A stretch of 63,616 bases of DNA, the filler included, from Globobulimina sp. (Eukaryota): NCBI GenBank assembly GCA_003354225.1. It is 18 parts of 18 records of this genome, joined end to end, with 100 filler letters (N's around TTAATTAATTAA, not from the genome) between each part and the next. Parts side by side here need not be neighbours in the genome. Positions count along the whole stretch, not along the records: positions 60,180 to 63,616 come from PIVH01002801.1; 17 more parts are not named here. One strand, written 5' to 3'. Positions 60,234-63,616 of the stretch are shown here, piece after piece. Every line of letters begins with the position of its first letter. The stretch's first letter is position 1. The notes under the pieces are model-generated. The model was not told where the DNA came from and ran no database searches. It saw only the letters and a program-made list of their open reading frames with translations. Both the position numbers and the translations under genes were made by a program.

Positions 60234-62071
60234 ATGTCTTTGCAAAACAAAGAAACGCAACAACAACAAGGACAAACACAACAATCCCAACAACCACAGC
60301 AATTCCAACAAATGCAAGGTGTTCCACCACAAATGCAACAAATTCAAGGTGGTCCACCTATGCAACAAATCCAAGGTTTGCCGCAAAATCAACAAGTGCA
60401 AGGATTGGGATTTCAAGGCTATGCCCCGCAGCAACAACAACAACAAGTACCATCCATCAACAATTACCCACAAGGATTAAATAATAACAATTTTGTTGGT
60501 TATAATAACAATAACAATACCAATTTTGTTGTTCCTCCTTCTCATAGTCGTGCTGCTCACTCTGGAGTTGGATTTACATTGCTTAAGTTTGAAGAAGCTC
60601 CCACCACAAAACCAGACAAGACACTTGAAAAAATAACAGAAGACTCAGAAAAAAAAACAGAAACAGACGCAGACAAAAAAATAAAATTAGCAGCAATTAT
60701 AATCACATTATGCGATGGTTCAACGTATGATGCATTGTTTAGCTCTGTTGAGCAAGACGCGGGCGATGGGAGCCGAGTGGCTGTGTACAGCGCAAAGAAA
60801 ACAGATATTAAAGATTTAATTGATAATATTAAAGAATTTGATGCTGAAAAGGTGAGTGCGAGAAGCGATGATTTACATTTATTGCTGTCAGATTTGAAGG
60901 AAATCGAAGATGTTTCGTGCGTAGCGATTAATTATGAATGTTGCTCGGAATGCAGTGATACGGGTTTCAGCGGCATGTCTAATCAACAAATTATCAGCGA
61001 ATTACAATTTTTCTTGGAACGCGGCTATTTAGCAATGTATTCCGATTTCAGTTTAAAAGCTATCATTAATGCCTGGAATGCTATTGGCGACCGAACTGTT
61101 TTAGGTATTGGATAATATGTTATTTCATATGTGACAAACTATAGTTTTATTTGTGTTTGATGTTAGGGCCAAATCCATTTGTTCGAACTGGTGATTTTAG
61201 TGGTTCTGTAACAGTAAATTTTAATCCCTATACATTGAAAAATTGCATCAGTTCGCAATTGCAGGCAGTTGGAGAGCTATGTCCTGATCAAGATTTCTGT
61301 ACTGTTCATTGTATGGGCGGCACACTTCGCTATTCCATCAAAAAGAAATTCACCAAAAATGGCGTAGTCGCAGATTGCAGTAAATTGCCATATAATATCG
61401 AGATATTAACAATTGCGCAATTTGGCAAACATAGCAATTCGTGTTCTATACAAGTGCCTGATTTCCCTTCCAAGCATAAACAAAAAGATAAAGGGAAAGA
61501 TAAGAAGAAAAATAGTGGCTTTTTTAGCATGTTTGGATTCGGGAAAGGCGATCAAGACAAAGATAAAGATAAAGAGAAGGATGAAACGGAGAAACATAGT
61601 GAGACGAAAACGGATGAACAGGAAAATAAAAATGATGGCAGCAAGGAAGTGGATAAAGATGTGGAGGCCGCAAAGTTGCCAATGAAGAAATTATTTGGCG
61701 ATGCGGGGCATGTCGTGTTGGAATATGGTACGAAGAGTGATGGTGATAAAGAAGGTAAAACGGATAAAGGTGAGAAGGAATTGAGTGGTTCAATATTATT
61801 GTCAATGACGCATTGGTGCGAATTGGTGAAGTTAGGCGATCAGATAAATGATGATGTTTTGTTTAGAGTGGCAGCAAAGAATATGGGTGCGCGTAGCAAG
61901 GCGTATCAAGAGATGCAGACAACGTATAATGCGTTCGGTGGTAAGAATGCGACGGGGCAACAATATCAGCAACAACAAGCGTGGATATCTAAGACCGCCA
62001 ATAAGATGGTTCAGCAACAAGCACCGTGTAATAATATGATGAATAGTAGTTATAGCAAAGGAGGATATTAA
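60234..62071 (+). CDS. Hypothetical protein with Gln-rich N-terminus and globular core; intron 61105-61166
   Basis: Two ORFs join in frame (TVLG|PNPF); globular-looking motifs NYECCS, MYSDFSLKA, LSMTHWCEL; function not recognised. Confidence 0.7.
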
Positions 62072-62225
62072 TCGAGGAAAATAGCAAAATTTGTATCTTG
62101 TTAAATATAAAATCAATTTGTACTTGTCATCTATTTTTGTTAGACGCTAATTAATTTAGGTGATTGAATGTTGTTTGAAGTTTTTTTACGTGAATAGTCC
62201 CTCCCCAGCTCAATGTTTGTATATG

Positions 62226-62364
62226 CTTTAGAATAGGACCTGAAACACATTGTTTTTAAAATCCGCAAATTCGCAAGTCGTTTTGTTAGGAGATGGTGAT
62301 GACCTCTCCATAGGTTTTAAAATTTTTCTAAAACGCAGTGTTTCAAACAGGTCATATTCTAAAG
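62226..62364. repeat. Degenerate inverted repeat between convergent genes
   Basis: ctttagaataggacctgaaacac ... gtgtttcaaacaggtcatattctaaag. Confidence 0.55.
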
Positions 62365-62771
62365 TGGTTATAATATGAAATGGTGATGGGATTTATATAC
62401 GAAAAACCAGCCGTAAGTGTAAACAATAAAATTGTTTTTAACACACAAGACCGGGTCTAAACCCTTAAAAATAATAGTCAGACGGAACGTGTTCTAAAAT
62501 TCGGATATATACTTAGACTGTTTTTAATCTATACACAGCCGTTCAATTAATATAAGTTTAGTATGTTATATAAACAAACCAATAAAATGAATATACATAT
62601 ATGTGTTTTGAGCTACGCGTGAATACTATTAAAACACAAAACACATTTTACACACACAAGAATAATATATAGTATATATATCAAACAAATATATATACGT
62701 CAAACACGAGAGGAACACGAACAAGACACAGTATAATTGTACGAAATAGAGTAATATAATATGCTAAACAA

Positions 62772-63452
62772 TTAGATTGAAGTTATAGATAGATTATAAT
62801 ATGGAAAATGTGACATTTTTTCTGATTGATTGAATAATTCCTTTTTTTGTAATTTTGATTTTTTTTTGATTTGCGAACAATATTTTCGATAATACACAGC
62901 AAACCATTTATGTTTCAATACTTTTTCTGCATTTAACCTTTTTTTTTCATCCACATTCAACAAACCATTTAACAATGAGAATATCTTTGGGTTTACAAAT
63001 TTTAATAGATTATGAATCTTTAAAAATTGCTGCAATTTACCTTTATGAATACACCAATAACCACCATCCATACCATTGCAATCAATCAAAGGTTCATTAA
63101 AATATGTTTCTTGTATCAAATGAAATGGATACTCACCAAACATACAATATGCTAATATCATTCCATAGGACCACGTATCGGCATATCTAGCATCATAATA
63201 ATTTTGTTTTCGAATGTTCGGTGCTAAATACTGCTCATTTTCAATTGAAATATGTTTTTTCGCACATCTAAAATTGCACGAAATGGAGCCATCAGTGCCA
63301 GTTTCGACGGGTTTAAAGAGTTCACTTGCTCCAAAATCAACTATTTTTATTCCAATTAACGGATTTGTGGATATGGAGCCATCACTATGTTCGATAAACT
63401 CACCATTTTCTAGCATTATATTTTCAGGAACTAAATCTAAATGACAACCTGA
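62772..63452 (-). CDS. Ser/Thr protein kinase-like, C-terminal exon (5'-partial)
   Basis: CHLDLVPENIML, IKIVDFG, YLAPN, ADTWSYGMIL, KRLNAEKVLKHKWF. Confidence 0.8.
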   Translation of the reverse strand, partial: SGCHLDLVPENIMLENGEFIEHSDGSISTNPLIGIKIVDFGASELFKPVETGTDGSISCNFRCAKKHISIENEQYLAPNIRKQNYYDARYADTWSYGMILAYCMFGEYPFHLIQETYFNEPLIDCNGMDGGYWCIHKGKLQQFLKIHNLLKFVNPKIFSLLNGLLNVDEKKRLNAEKVLKHKWFAVYYRKYCSQIKKKSKLQKKELFNQSEKMSHFPYYNLSITSI

Positions 63453-63616
63453 GTAGTTTTTAAATATACATATATTTGTACATGTCACTACATTGCACAC
63501 ACAACAATCCGTCGGTTTACATGTCAAAAAAACAGATTTTTATGATAAATCTGGGCCTTAAAACAGAGGGAGGACAGAGAAAAACACATAGTCAGCATAC
63601 ATATACACATACATTT

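Overview
This is not one locus. It is 18 unrelated contigs of 3,437-3,442 bp, sorted by size and joined by an artificial 100-nt spacer (44 N + TTAATTAATTAA + 44 N), so gene neighbourhood only means something within a contig. The DNA is AT-rich and eukaryotic, with short GT-AG introns and the standard genetic code. The protein families suggest a foraminiferan or related rhizarian protist (inference). Recognisable genes: 7TM-RGS, a multi-PH protein, CDC45, a bacterial-type VOC/glyoxalase, PIP5K, a DH-PH RhoGEF, a UBC4/5-type E2 with a C-terminal frameshift, an ARF-like fragment, a PHD-TFIIS-M protein, an ART-like protein, a C-type lectin, a C2H2 zinc-finger protein, Kelch proteins, a GT23 fucosyltransferase, a CTL transporter, a UFD1-domain protein, CysRS, a mitochondrial carrier, NDUFAF5, AFG1L and a kinase fragment. 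There is also a PIF/Harbinger transposase and a candidate Mutator-like transposase. The best candidate for an undescribed system is contig 56643-60079. It carries three related GC-rich, T-shaped (two-armed) hairpin cores. Two are centred in long, slightly diverged inverted arms (178 and 103 bp), and one of these fills almost a whole predicted intron. The elements carry a palindromic CAGTTT[G/C]AAACTG motif that also forms a ~30-bp-spaced array in an intron on another contig, and they lie beside the Harbinger transposase. Other notable patterns are head-to-head start codons only 21-53 bp apart and frequent GTT-type 5' splice sites. All family calls come from motif recognition by eye; no database search was run.
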